Assembly (NCBI GenBank): GCA_964016885.1
Contig: OZ024742.1
Coordinates: 213,838,001 to 213,902,000, forward strand
From: Eledone cirrhosa
Lineage: Eukaryota
Length of the DNA stretch: 64,000 nucleotides
Reading direction: 5' to 3'
Below, piece by piece: positions 16,083 through 29,307 of the stretch. Position 1 is the stretch's first letter; each line of letters opens with the position of its first letter. A program made the translations under genes and the position numbers. The notes under the pieces are model-generated. The model was given only the letters and a program-made list of their open reading frames with translations, searched no databases and was not told where the DNA came from.

Positions 16083-16118
16083 ATATATGTCGATCGATTG
16101 GTTATTGATTAGGCGATA

Positions 16119-16228
16119 CCCGCTGATGAAGCCGCATAAGCCGATTGTGCATTGTTGCATAATAAATGCAGACAGATGGTGCAGTGCACCTTACTGCTGC
16201 ATTAGTGCGACAGAAACTCGAGTCCGGG
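16119..16228 (+). ncRNA. Type I hammerhead with large branched stem II
   Basis: CCCG-CTGATGA-(83 nt)-GAAAC TCGA GTC-CGGG. Stem III is the palindrome ACTCGAGT and the triplet is GUC. Confidence 0.8.
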
Positions 16229-16399
16229 AACCTTATAGGCACCCGTTTTACGTGTGTTGTGTTGAAGCAAATAACTTTGTGCATACTCTGGTAATGTATC
16301 TTACATTGCCCATCGAGTGCGCTGAGATACAACCGGTACTGGCATTGATAAATATGCTGGGTCCGTCAACCCTTATTATATATATATATATATATATAT

Positions 16400-17135
16400 G
16401 ATACCTGGGCGACGCAACCCTGGGTGGCCTAGCTGACACGCTATTTGAGAACTCGCATGTCCAATGGGACGACATCAAGTGCAGGTCTTTCGTCAGGCAG
16501 ATCGAGTCTGACTTGTACCAGCACCACCTCGCCTGCCTCTGATCCGCTTCGCAGCCAAACGGCAGTGCGTGGCTCAATTCGGTGCCCCTCGGTTTCCACG
16601 TATGCGAGTCACAATTGTCGCTGACGAGTTTGGCCTGCACCCACTGTCATGCCACCAGAGCGTACGCCGGTACCCTCGACATGCCACTGTCAACGACATA
16701 TTGAGAAGGAGCCTGGATGCAGCTGGCTTCCCATCACATCTGGAGCCACCAGCCCTCGATCGTGGAGATAGCAAGCGCACCAACGGAATTACCTTCTTTC
16801 CATTTGAAAGAGATAAATCCCTCTTCTGGAACGCCACATCCTGTGACACGTTCTCCGTATCCAACTTAGTTGGTTCGGCCACAAACCCCAGTACTGCGCC
16901 CCACAATGCAGAGGACAGGAAGACAGGCAAATCTCGGAGCATGTCCGTATCGGGGCATATCCGGCCGGTTCTTTTGCACCGGTTGGCGTCGTCCAACTCA
17001 GTACTGCCGAGCTCCTCCGTAAAATCGGAACGTCAGCAGCCTGTTTGAGGAAGAGCCTCGTGAGGTGGGGTGGCTGTTACAGTGGGTGTCGCTGACTATT
17101 GTCTGCGGAAATGCCTTTGCCATTTTGTCCGTGGG
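16400..17135 (+). pseudogene. CRE-like non-LTR retrotransposon 3' fragment (Zn knuckle + restriction-like endonuclease)
   Basis: GLHPLSC..RHATVNDILRRSL..LEP..LDRGDSKRTNGIT..SLFWNATSCDT..AEDRK..VSLTIVCGNAFA. Confidence 0.75.
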
Positions 17136-17814
17136 GCGCAGCCAAAACACACCCCGCCCTAGGAAAAAGGCCCTCCCCCCCATTTTACCCATGGCCTAAT
17201 AGTTCTTGCTTTTCCCTTATTTTCCTCTAATTTATAGTCATTTCCTCTACTTTCCTGTACAACCAGATCTACCCTTCTTTACCCTTTGCCCCCTCTTTTC
17301 GTGACTTCATTTTGCTTTTATCTTTTTTTACTTTTCATATTTCCATCACGGTATAACTGCTTTTTGTAAACTATAGTTGAAAAACTTTGCTTTATTTCTC
17401 CAATTGGCACGAAAAAAAAAAAAAAATATATTGCATACTTACATCCTCTAATTGGAAGAACACGTTGGACATGGTAGTTATCATTATACAAAACGTCTGT
17501 GTGGTCACAGATATAAGGTCATCTATGATATGTCTATTACATCGGGACTGACATGAGGTTAAACGATGACGACAAATTCAACAGAATGAGCAACAATAGA
17601 TTCACCACCAATTGAGGAAATATAACATCGATTGACTTAACCCACCGAAAATTTAATAAAATTTAGATTTGGTGATTTAGAAACAATTTCTTAATTATTC
17701 TTTATTATAGTGAAAATAATTTAATAGAAAAAATTAAGATTGAGAAGAAAGAATGGAATGTAAAATAAGAAAATATAAAAAAAAAAAAACGGAAAAGGGA
17801 TGGATGGCAAAGAC

Positions 17815-18020
17815 TCTACACCCCATAAACAAGTCCGCAAAAACATTCCGGTGGACAATGGCCAGCGACACCCGCTGCAAAAGTCACCCCATCTCGTGGG
17901 GCTCCCTCTTCAGACGGGCCACTTACGTTCGATCTTGCGGAGGAGCACAGCAGTACGGGGTCCATGTACACCTGAGGTCCCGACGGCGACCTGTACGAGG
18001 AGAAAGTGGCTGGACAATAT
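17815..18020 (-). pseudogene. CRE-like 3' fragment
   Basis: The minus strand encodes LLQRVSLAIVHRNVFA and is homologous to 17000-17125. Confidence 0.55.
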
Positions 18021-18365
18021 CGCAAATCGATATTTCTATCTCTCAATTTTTCCATTATCTTCGCAATATCTCATCATCAAGATTGACAATTTTTACTGTC
18101 CTTTCATGCATACAATTATCACTACTGGAATTACTTTCTTTTCTACGTATTCTCAAGTGTTCTTTCCAAACATTAGCTTTCATGAGTTTAAAACAAAATA
18201 AATGTTTACGGCGTTAACGTTTCTTAGTCATCACTTCGGACATCACTGAGTTGTCATTACCATGAAATCATTCTAGACTAGTTGGATATATAGTCTTCTG
18301 CCTGTTGGATATATAGTCTTTTGAAAATAAGCACTGGGGTAGAACCAGTGATTATACATTGTTAT

Positions 18366-18555
18366 TGGCGGTGGATTGGCAGTATCGGTAGAGGTTCGGA
18401 CGCCATGCTTTCCAGCATAGTTACGTCCCTTTACGATCTGAGTTCAAATCCCGCCGAGGTTGACTTTGCCTTTCATCCTTACGGGGTCGATAAAATAAAG
18501 TACCAGTAATGCACTGGGTTATTGCTGGCCTTGTGCCTAAAGTAGAAACAGTTAT
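18366..18555 (+). mobile_element. SINE family 1
   Basis: Full-length homolog. Confidence 0.85.
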
Positions 18556-21061
18556 TTAGTAGGGAAACAGATACGTGAGTGTGTATCCATGAAATATATA
18601 CATATACACCAGGTCCGAACGTAAAAGAACCAAACTCCCACTGTCACTCCCTCCGTCTCTCCCGCTCTCCTCATCTCTCACTATTATGAGCAAATGGCGG
18701 CCCATACGCTGACCGCCCCGCGACCCCGGTGGAGTGGCCGCTTGGCGGGCAGAATAGAGAAGGCGTTTCCGCAGAGGATGGTGAATGAGTCGCCCTGGAA
18801 GAGCCCTTCCAGCTCGCGAGGCTATATTTGTAAACACCGTTGTCTTAAAAGGACGCTTTGGTTAATGGAGTCCGGGGTAAACAATGACTGGATATATTTG
18901 TAAATGTAGGTCGTTAGATATTATACTGGTATTTAATCAACATATTCCCTTCACTTCAGTTTAATATTAATTACAGTGGCTCATCAAATAACGTGACACA
19001 CATCAAGCTGACAATAAATAAAATAAAATAAATAAAATAAATAAATATATAAAAATCAATAAAACAAGAGACTTCTATAAGAAACTAAATGCTGTTCCAA
19101 TCCGATGTTTCCTGGAGATAGTTGACAAAACGCGTAACAAATCAGAAAGCAACTTGTATTATTGATGTATTTTAAGTGAAGAAAGAATTGTCGAGCGATA
19201 TATTGTAGAATGGCAATTTAAAAGAAACCTAATCTTCACACTTAAATGCCTCTCGCCAGGGAATGATAGGGACAAATAGAAATGATGGAAAGTTATGGTT
19301 ATGTGTTATCCCCTCCCCCATAAAAAGTTTAGGAACAACTCAGTATTAAATCTTGTGGCGACGACGATGAAGATGATGATGATGGTGGTGGTGATGATGA
19401 TAGTCATTTGTTGTAGACGAAAGGTTGTGGGAGTTACTATCAGTAACTTGAAAGTGTTCGTTACAGAGTATCTGGTTCTCATTTTTGACAAAAGTCAAAC
19501 AGCAAATCGGCTGCCAGAGGTTTAATTTAATCAATGTGTGCGATTAAACTGCATGGTTGAATGAGTACAGTTTAAATTCTGGTCCATAGTCTCCAGGACA
19601 TTCATTAATTGCTTGATGTTCATGAACATTTCAATTCAGTTTACTGTAAAATAAATCAGCCTTAATCATACCATTACACTGTCTAACCCTTTTACTGTCA
19701 TTTCCTTTTAAATGAGGCATTACTGTCACTGTGAAACATATATATATACACCAGGTCCGGACCCAAAGGAACAAAACTCCCACCCGCATCGCCTCCGTCT
19801 CTCCCGCTCTCCCCATCTTTCACTATTATAAGCAAATGGGGACCCACGCGCTGGCCGCCCTGCGGCCCCGGTGGACAGAATAGAGAAGGCATTTCCCCGG
19901 AAGATAGTGAGGGAGACGCACTGGAAAAGCCATTCCAGCACGCGAGGCTCACACCTGTGGGTAGCCAACTATGTGCCGATGGTGGTAAGCAGGGATAGCC
20001 CTAGAGCCAAGGTCATCGGAAGTCTCCACTGCCACGGTCTCGACCATAAACCTATCGGAGAGCGACTGATTAAGGTTGAAAAAGAACAAATTCAACCCTA
20101 CTAGGCATTCTCTTGTAGAATGGGGGGGTGTTTGTCGCCCGACCTGCTAAAAATAGCAGCCGTTTCCTTCGCAAACAATATCGCTGTCTTAAAAGGATGC
20201 TTTGGCTAATGTAGTCCGGGGTATACAATGACTGGGAAAAGACAGGATTGTCATGGCTAGAATGCATTTGATTATATGTTTACTTCATGAGCGCTGACCC
20301 GGGATAAAACACCATTCCCCAATCTACTACTGCCATAATAATGTGTATGTGGCTATCGAAAATCATTATCAGTGAGTTCAGTTTAATGTGGTTGCCAAAC
20401 TTGAATAGTTTTTCTTTTTTACGCTCAGATCAAATCGCATCGAACAGTCCCTGATCAAAGGCATTCCAGTCACAACCAGCATCGTATTATTATTTAGGAC
20501 TGCACTATCTAATGTGACATTTTCTTTAGGCGTTAGGCTGTAAATTGAGGAAGATTATTAAGGGCTCACGCAGAGGTTCCCTCGTTATCGATTACTGTTG
20601 TCTAGATCCAGGTCAGACATAATTGAACAGATCTATGGTCAAAATATTTCAGGGAACCCAAGATTTCATTACACAATGTGTGATTTACTAGGGAGTGATA
20701 TGAACGAATTTGGCTGCTATTTGTAGCAAGATGAGCAAACACGTGAGACATTCTCATCCGGTGACATATGACTTAGAATAAATATCCTCACACCATCAGC
20801 AAAAGGCGTTTATAATGCTACTATCTATTGGTCAAAATTAGCTTCACCACATCATATTGAAGCCATTGTAAATTCCTCGGTGGTGCCATAGTTTGAGATT
20901 TGCCTTCAACTTGTTCAGGAACGAGGTCAGTCAGGGATCCTTTAGCAGTAGGGGTTAGCCTTGTAGATATGTTGCTGTGTCCGATGGAATTGTTTACAGC
21001 AGCAACAATGACATGCTGTGACGATGGTAGTAGTAGTGACAGTAGTGATAATATAATAATA

Positions 21062-21465
21062 CAATTGTTTCTACTTTTGGTATAAGGTCAGCAATTATCC
21101 CCCAGTGCATTACTGGTGCTTTATTGTATTGACCCTGTAAGGATGAAAGACAAAGTTAACCTCGGTTGAATTTGAACAAATAACGTAAAGGGCCATTAAG
21201 AGTTGAAATCCCGCCGTAATACACTGGGTAATTGCTGGCCTTTTATCGAAAGTAGAAATAATTATATTATAATATAATTGTTTCTACGTTAGGCACAAGG
21301 CCAGCAATTACCCAGTGCATTACTGGTACTTTATTTTATCGACCTCGTAAGGATGAAAGGCAAAGTTAACCTCGGCGGGATTTGAACTCAGAATGGCAAG
21401 GGCCGTAACTCTATGCGTCAAAGCATGGTGTCCGACCCTCTACCAATACTGCCAATCCACCGCCC
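21062..21465 (-). mobile_element. Cluster of SINE family 1 copies (full copy at 21275-21465)
   Basis: Reverse-complement matches, plus a partial + strand copy at ~21200-21262. Confidence 0.8.
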
Positions 21466-21658
21466 TCTTTATGATATTATAATATAATGTAGACCAGTAT
21501 GTAGAATTAGTTGAGAATTAGTGTTGACATATAATGAAGGAAATTAAAGTAAAGTAAAAATGAGGTTGGTGATACAGGGTCATTAAGTAAACAAGGAATA
21601 CATCACATCGCAAGTAAGTGTAAAATAAATGGTACAGAATTAGAAACAAAGAACAAAG

Positions 21659-21746
<88 letters not shown>

Positions 21747-21970
21747 ACTTTCCGCACATCCCACATTTTTGTCCTATGGGTTCTTTTCTCTGCCCTTTGT
21801 TTCTAATTCTGTACCATTTATTTTACACTTGCGATGTGATGTATATATATATATATAAGTATGCATACGTACACACACATAAGTATGCATACGGCATACG
21901 TACACAGACATATATACATATACACATGTACGTATGCGTTATATCGAATATTAATAATAATATTCATATA

Positions 21971-22045
<75 letters not shown>

Positions 22046-23464
22046 CATATATATATAATATTCATATATATATATATATACATATATATATATGAATATT
22101 ATTATTAATATTCGATATAACACATACGTACATGTGTATATGTGCCTATATATATATATATGTCAGGTCACCAGTTGGTGCTACTGGTAACATGTATCCC
22201 AGTACAACCTGTCTCATGGTCGGGTCGTTGGCGACTAAACTGGCAACCCCACCAAGGTTTCTTGGTGAGGAGGGTGACTTTGGACATCCTGCAGGATTAA
22301 AAACAAAACCTGTCAAAGGGCAAAAGAGCTCTTAAGAGTCAATGGCCATCCAAAATCACCGGGAGAGATGACCCCTTAGCCTTTGTCAAGGCAGAATTCT
22401 AGGAGAAGGAAAACTCTGATATAACACCTGCAACCCTGATGGTATCCAATGATGTTGACTTGTTCTTCTTTTTGGTAAATATCATCTTGGTTAAGAGAGT
22501 GGGACTGGCTTTGTGCAGTGCTTTTGCTCACTATAAAAGCTTCACGGCACAGGCATTGCTTTATATCTGGAGATCTCTCTGCACTTGTCATCACATGGTA
22601 CCATGGGCCCAGCACTATGTGTCAGTAATTGTCACAAGTGTAGTGTCTGTACCAGAGTTTTCAAGTGGCTGGCTGGATTGAAAAGTCACACTCGTTCAGC
22701 GCATCGGTAGGGGTTCTCCTACATGGATATAAAGTAGTGGCCGTACTCGAAAACGAGTTGGCAGCCACCATATATATATATATATATCGACAGTCGATCG
22801 ACTTTTTTTTTGTCAAATCAGACCGAGGAAACGATGTTTCCATTGATCTTTCTAATTGCTAATACTCTCTATTGGTCTCCATGTAGAAGGAGCAACGTGA
22901 AATAAAGTGTCTTGCCCAAGGACATAACGCATCGCCTGGTCCGGGAATCGAACTCACAACCTCACGATTGCGAATCCAATCTTCACTAATATATATATAT
23001 ATATATATATATAATTAATGTCTCTCTCTCTCCCTCTCTTTCTGTCTGTCTCTCACCCCCCCCCCCTCTCTCTCTCAGTGACGATTGCTCGGGACTGCAG
23101 TTTAACGTTAGTTGGTAAACTAGGAATAATGTGTAAGGGTAAACATGGATAATTATAGCAGCTGAATAGGCTAAAGCAATTAGGAAGAGTCCAGCAGTAG
23201 CCATATCATTAACATCACTTCTGTTACTACCAACAACACTCCAAACATATAAACCCCGTCTCCACTCCAACTACCAGCTCTACCTATAAAACGAAACATT
23301 TCAACCCGGTTAACTGATGTGTTAGTGTACGGTTACCAATGTTCTATAATGACTCACGCTGCTTTCTGTGTAATGTACACAGAATAACAAATGTCAAAAT
23401 ACGTCTAAACAGACACATACACACACACACAGCCATAGCCAACATAGTATTTTGGTTATTTATT

Positions 23465-23762
23465 CCCATCGAGGTTAGCTTTGTCGTCAATCCATACGGA
23501 ATGAGTAAAATAAAGTCCCAGTAAGCACTAGCGTCGATTTAATCTACTTTACCGTCCCATAAAATTGTTAGCTTTGTGCCTAAATCAGAAAACATTATTA
23601 TTGTGGTGGATTGGCAGAATCGGTAGAGCGTCGGACATGCTTCGTGGCAGAGAGTTACAGCCCTTTACGTTCTGAATTCAAATCCCACCGAGGTTAGCTT
23701 TGCTTTCGTGGACGGTAAAATAAAGTACCAGTTACGCACTGGGGTCGATTTAATCGACTTTC
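23465..23762 (+). mobile_element. Two tandem SINE family 1 copies
   Basis: Core and B-box matches. Confidence 0.7.
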
Positions 23763-24069
23763 CCATAGTGTCATGGATTGGAAGTTCAGTATATTTCCTT
23801 TCTGTTTAAATCATGCTGATGTTAAATTTGCCTTTATCATGTTGGTACCTGTTGCTCAGCTTATTTCTTAGCTACTTGGTATCGGCCGCTCCCCCGCCCC
23901 CCTATTTTCCCAGTTTTTCCATGCCAGGCTCTTGGCTTTAATGACTGTATCTACTGTGCTGTTCCACCACCAGGCCACCCACTGTCTGGCTGGCGCTTAA
24001 TCCAGTCGCAAGTCTCGCCAGTAGTTTGCAAAAGGTTGTCGCATAAGAATTTCCAGATGTCCTCTACGT

Positions 24070-24272
24070 CAGGCATGTAAAACACGCGATCCGCGGGCCG
24101 CATGCAGCTCTTTACAAGCACACCTGCGGCCCGCACAAAGGTTTTTACAGTGTGAGCATGATTTATCTTCGTAAAATTTGTTGTAATGTGCACAATTAGT
24201 TATCGTGTGTGACCCTCACACAACACATATGACCCATGGGGCCCTCGTGAGACCCTCAGTTTGATATGCTTA
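24070..24272. mobile_element. hAT (Charlie/Buster-like) MITE
   Basis: TIRs CAGGCATGTAAAAC / GTTTGATATGCTTA, with a perfect 8-bp TSD CTCTACGT (24062-69, 24273-80). Confidence 0.9.
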
Positions 24273-24375
24273 CTCTACGTTATATGTATCTAGTTCGTCG
24301 CCCCTCTCATTATTTGCATCCTGTAGGACCTTTCTAAACTGATATTCAACCGAAAGGTCCTTTAGCTTTATATAT

Positions 24376-24407
<32 letters not shown>

Positions 24408-24664
24408 GGAAGGGAGCGGACAACCAAAGCAAAAGCATGACATTATTTTATTCTACTCCCTTCTACCCACGATTGCCTCAGTTTTGCTGTCTGATGAAAT
24501 CACGATATTGATCGTCATTGAAATATGTATAACGGCTTTATTATTAAAGAACTATTTAACATCTAAAACTTCGCATTTTCCTCATTCTCATACTCCGTCA
24601 TCCTTATTTTGAAGAAGTAATATGACGTCGAGTGTTTGAATTGAATTGCATCCTTGTCTACCGA

Positions 24665-24728
<64 letters not shown>

Positions 24729-24737
24729 CTTAGTGAA

Positions 24738-24950
24738 GGCGTGTGGCTGAGTGGTTAGAGAATTGGATTCGCAATCGTAAGGTTGTGAGTTCGATTCCTG
24801 GACCAGGCGATGCGTTATGTCCTTGAGCAAGACACTTTATTTCACGTTGCTCCTTCTACCTGGAGTTGCGACCGATAGATAGTATTAGCAATTGGAAAGA
24901 CCAACGGAAACATTGTTCCCTCGGTCCGATTTGACTAAAGTCGATCGTTC
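24738..24950 (+). mobile_element. tRNA-derived SINE family 2 (CORE-like)
   Basis: A box TGGCTGAGTGG, B box GAGTTCGATTCC, CORE-like TGTCCTTGAGCAAGACACTT. Other copies: 22790-22983 (-), 60463-60660 (+), and a 3' part at 58800-58905. Confidence 0.8.
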
Positions 24951-25007
24951 CACAAAAATATATATCTTGCTTTCACTCTCTCCCTCTCTCCATACACACA
25001 CACACAC

Positions 25008-25070
<63 letters not shown>

Positions 25071-26124
25071 GGTGTGTGGGTGGGTGTGTATGTGTGTGGA
25101 AAGAAGGAGATAGCGAAAGAAAGAGAACATTGCACAAATGAACTAGAAAAACAAGGAAATATGATAATGCAACCAACCAAAAAGCGGAGGCGAACCCCTT
25201 AGCTGCCATCTGGAAAGCCATGACGATTTTGACACACACAAAATATATATTTATCAAATTCACGAGCCAACAAAAGCTCTGTGTGTGACCACTTAGCCTG
25301 CTAAAAATAGTAATTAAATCCCCTTACATTTTCACCGAGAATAATTGTGCGACCAAAGAAAAGAATAAAAAAAGCAAAAAAAAAAAAAAAAAACCATTCG
25401 CCCATGATTAATAATGTTTATATTTTTAGACAGTTATTAGAAGCAACTCCAATCATGCCGCATTCTTATGATCTCAACAATGAACGATGATACCCTTTAC
25501 AGCATTTGCTGAAGTAGGATATAGACAAGATTCTGTAAATAATTATATTATTTTGCTGTAGAATAATTGAATTATATAGCTTGGTTTCCATGCAGATGGA
25601 AACTCCAAATCACACACACGCACACACACACACACACACACGCATATATGTATATATATATACTAGCATATATATGTACATACATGCATATATACATCCA
25701 TACATACATACATAAATACACACATACATACATACATACATACATAAATACATACATACATAAATACATACATATGTACATAAATACATACATACATTCA
25801 TACATATACATGCATACATGCATACATATATACATCTGTGCGTGTGCATATCTGATCAAAGTAAGTGGAAAATCTGTAATATTGTTTGTTGATGAAATTC
25901 AATTTTTGTTGGAATAAAATTCATTTATTATTCACATTTCAAAAATTTCGAAACTCGTTCTTTATTCACAATCCAAATCGATAATTCTGCTATGATTACC
26001 ATGTAGTTATTTATTTGGGTTTTTAAAATGAAGCTATTAATAATTCTGGTTCTTGAAATCTAACAAAAGGAACAAAATCAACAAAAATCAACAGCACATC
26101 CTTTTAATTGACTTCAGCCGACAT

Positions 26125-26428
26125 CATTTTCAACAGAGTTCAAGCCAAGATGATGTCTGAATTTCCTATGATCTGCTGCTCATTTTCAACTTTCAACAGA
26201 GTTCAAGCCAAAATGATGTCTGAATTTCATGATATTAGAGATATTACTTAATGATCTACCGCTCATTTTCAACTAAGTTCAAGCGAAGATGATGTCTGAA
26301 TTTCATGATATTAGAGATTTTACTTAATGATCTACCGCACATTTTCAACTAAGTTCAAGCGAAGATGATGTCTGAATTTCATGATATTAGAGATTTTGCT
26401 TAATGATCTGCCGCTCATTTTAACTGAG
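26125..26428. repeat. 76-bp tandem repeat, ~4 copies
   Basis: GTTCAAGC recurs at 26138, 26201, 26277 and 26353. Confidence 0.85.
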
Positions 26429-26521
26429 TTAAGACTAAAACGAATTTTCCTGAATCACAGATGAAGTCTTATATGCATATGAAGTTTAATTGGATTTGAC
26501 AAAGATACTGATAATATATGC

Positions 26522-26619
<98 letters not shown>

Positions 26620-26690
26620 CGCGTGTGATTTGATGCTGTTTCTTCACAATAGATTCCTACTTTCCGATCTGTTTGGAAAACAATATATAT

Positions 26691-26845
26691 AATATTGTTT
26701 CTACTTTTGGCACAAGGCCAGCAATTATCCCAGTACATTACTGGTACTTTATTTTATCGACCCCGTAAGGATGAAAGGCAAAGTTAACCTCGGCGGGATT
26801 TGAACTCAGATCGTAAAGGGACGTAACTATGCTGGAAAGCATAGT
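26691..26845 (-). mobile_element. SINE family 1 (5'-truncated)
   Basis: Reverse-complement match. A similar partial copy is at 6203-6310. Confidence 0.8.
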
Positions 26846-27521
26846 TCAGCTTATCACATGCTACCTTCTACTATGATAGTAAATCGTGTTGTTTCTTGTT
26901 CATTAAAGCAACAGACACACACACACACAGCCGATTTCTTTCAGGGAAAGAGAAATATACAGAGAGAGGGTGTAAGAGGGAGAGAGTAAGAGAGATAGAG
27001 AGAAGAAAGAGAGAGAGAGAGTAAGGGGGGGGGGGGAGAAAAAGAGAGAAAGAGTAGGAGAGAAAGAGATAGAGAGGAGAGAGATGATGGTGCGGGTGAG
27101 AAGTAAAAAAGAGAATCGATCCCAGTGCTGGTACTTTAGTTATCAACCTTTAAAGGATGAAAGACAAAATTGACCTCTGAGCGATTTGAACTCAAATCGC
27201 AGAGAGCCGGAACGAATCGTGCAATGCATTCTATCGGACGTTTTAACGACTTTTATGAGAGTGGTAGAAAAAGGAATGGACATGGGCACATACATAGTAA
27301 ATTAATCATCGTCAGCTACAGCGATGAATATTCAGTTGTTTGATCACCTGAAATATCCATTCATTGAATTAGCATGTAAGTGTATCCTTAATGTAATTCT
27401 CAGACTGAATCAACGTCACAAAATGTGTGAGATAGCTAGGTCAATGAATAACTGGTTCAAACGATCTGATGTACTTCGTCACAATTTCTCTCTATCCAAT
27501 TGATTTTAGAGGATTCAGTCA

Positions 27522-27571
<50 letters not shown>

Positions 27572-27639
27572 ACACACACAGCAAATACACATACGAGTAA
27601 GCACATATTCATATATGTGCACATTTATTTGTTCATTAT

Positions 27640-28197
27640 TTGGATTGGCACTGTCGGTAGAGCGTCAGACACAATGCTTTGCAGCATAGAGTTATGGCCC
27701 TTTACGTTCTGAATTCAAATCTCGCTGAGGCTAACTTTGCCTTTCATTCTTACGGGGTCGATAGAATAAAGCCCCAGTAATGCACTAGGGCAATTGCTGG
27801 CCTTGTTTGTACCAAAAGTAAAAACAATTGTTTTTTTAAAATTTTATTGGTTACAAATTTTAAGCCGCGGCCATGCTGGGGTCACAATTTCAAGGAATTT
27901 TGGACATCTGCACTTATTTCATTTTTGTACGAAATTTCATCGATATTTATGTGTTGATATTTAATTACAGGACATAAATATATGACATTAATAACAACGA
28001 TTACAGGGGGCGGTGGATTGGCAGTATCGGTAGAGGGTCGGACGCCATGCTTTTACGCATAGAGTTACGGCCCTTGCCATTCTGAGTTCAAATCCCGCCG
28101 AGGTTAACTTTGCCTGTCATCCTTACGGGGTCGATAAAATAAAGTACCAGTAATGCACTAGGTATTTGCTGGCCTTGTGCCAAAGTAGAAACAATTA
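27640..28197 (+). mobile_element. Two SINE family 1 copies (27640-27830, 28006-28197)
   Basis: Full-length homologs. Confidence 0.85.
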
Positions 28198-28326
28198 ATA
28201 ACGATTTTAGACATTTGTAAACAAAGTAACACAAAATAACAAACAAACAACAGCCCAGTATGGGAATAGGCATCACTGATTAATCTAGCTTTTGAATAAT
28301 CTCTCTCTCTTTCTCTTTCTGTCTCC

Positions 28327-28371
<45 letters not shown>

Positions 28372-28374
28372 CCC

Positions 28375-28386
<12 letters not shown>

Positions 28387-28410
<24 letters not shown>

Positions 28411-28604
28411 AGAATCAGGTCCCGACGGCTGAGCTCCGGCCGTTTCGACAGCTAGATCCGAACTGTTCGGATCTAGTTGTTGAAACGGCCGGAGCTTAGC
28501 CGTCGTGGTCCTGACTCTCTTCCTATTACCCACTCTACCACCCTAAGTATTGAGTACTCTGGTGCGTTATGACCCATCTGGTATCTTACCACACCCTCTT
28601 TGTT
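28387..28604. mobile_element. Family B relative, palindromic mini-element
   Basis: GTTTCGACAGCTAGATCCGAAC t GTTCGGATCTAGTTGTTGAAAC palindrome. The tail is nearly identical to 15665-15750. Confidence 0.75.
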
Positions 28605-28666
<62 letters not shown>

Positions 28667-29100
28667 GGGGTGGTGGTGTATGTCTATATGTGTGGGTGCA
28701 TGTGCGTGGGTCCGCATGTGTTTGTGGGTGTGTACGTGAGTGTATGTGTTCATGCATATGTATATGTGCATGCATGTGTGTATGTATGCGCGTGTCTCTG
28801 TGTGAGTTTGCATAGATAGATATAAAATCAGATGCATAGACGAGTATATAGATGTAAAAAAGTATTTAAAAAGCAAAACAAAAACAAAACAAAACACATT
28901 AAACTGTTCTACATACGGACCACCGACATACCAACTCACCATAGAAATGACTGTGTGTGTGTGGTTGTATATGTGAAATATATATAATATATATATATAT
29001 ATAATAGTTATATATATATATATATATAGTGCTTTGCTAACTCATTCTTATTATAGGTCGACTTTGCTTGCCCAAACTTCGATTTTACTAAGCTTCCACT

Positions 29101-29135
<35 letters not shown>

Positions 29136-29157
29136 AATAGTTATATATATATATAAC

Positions 29158-29191
<34 letters not shown>

Positions 29192-29266
29192 AATAGTTAT
29201 ATATATAACTATTATATATATATAAATATATATATATATGTATAATAGTTATATATATATATAACT

Positions 29267-29307
<41 letters not shown>

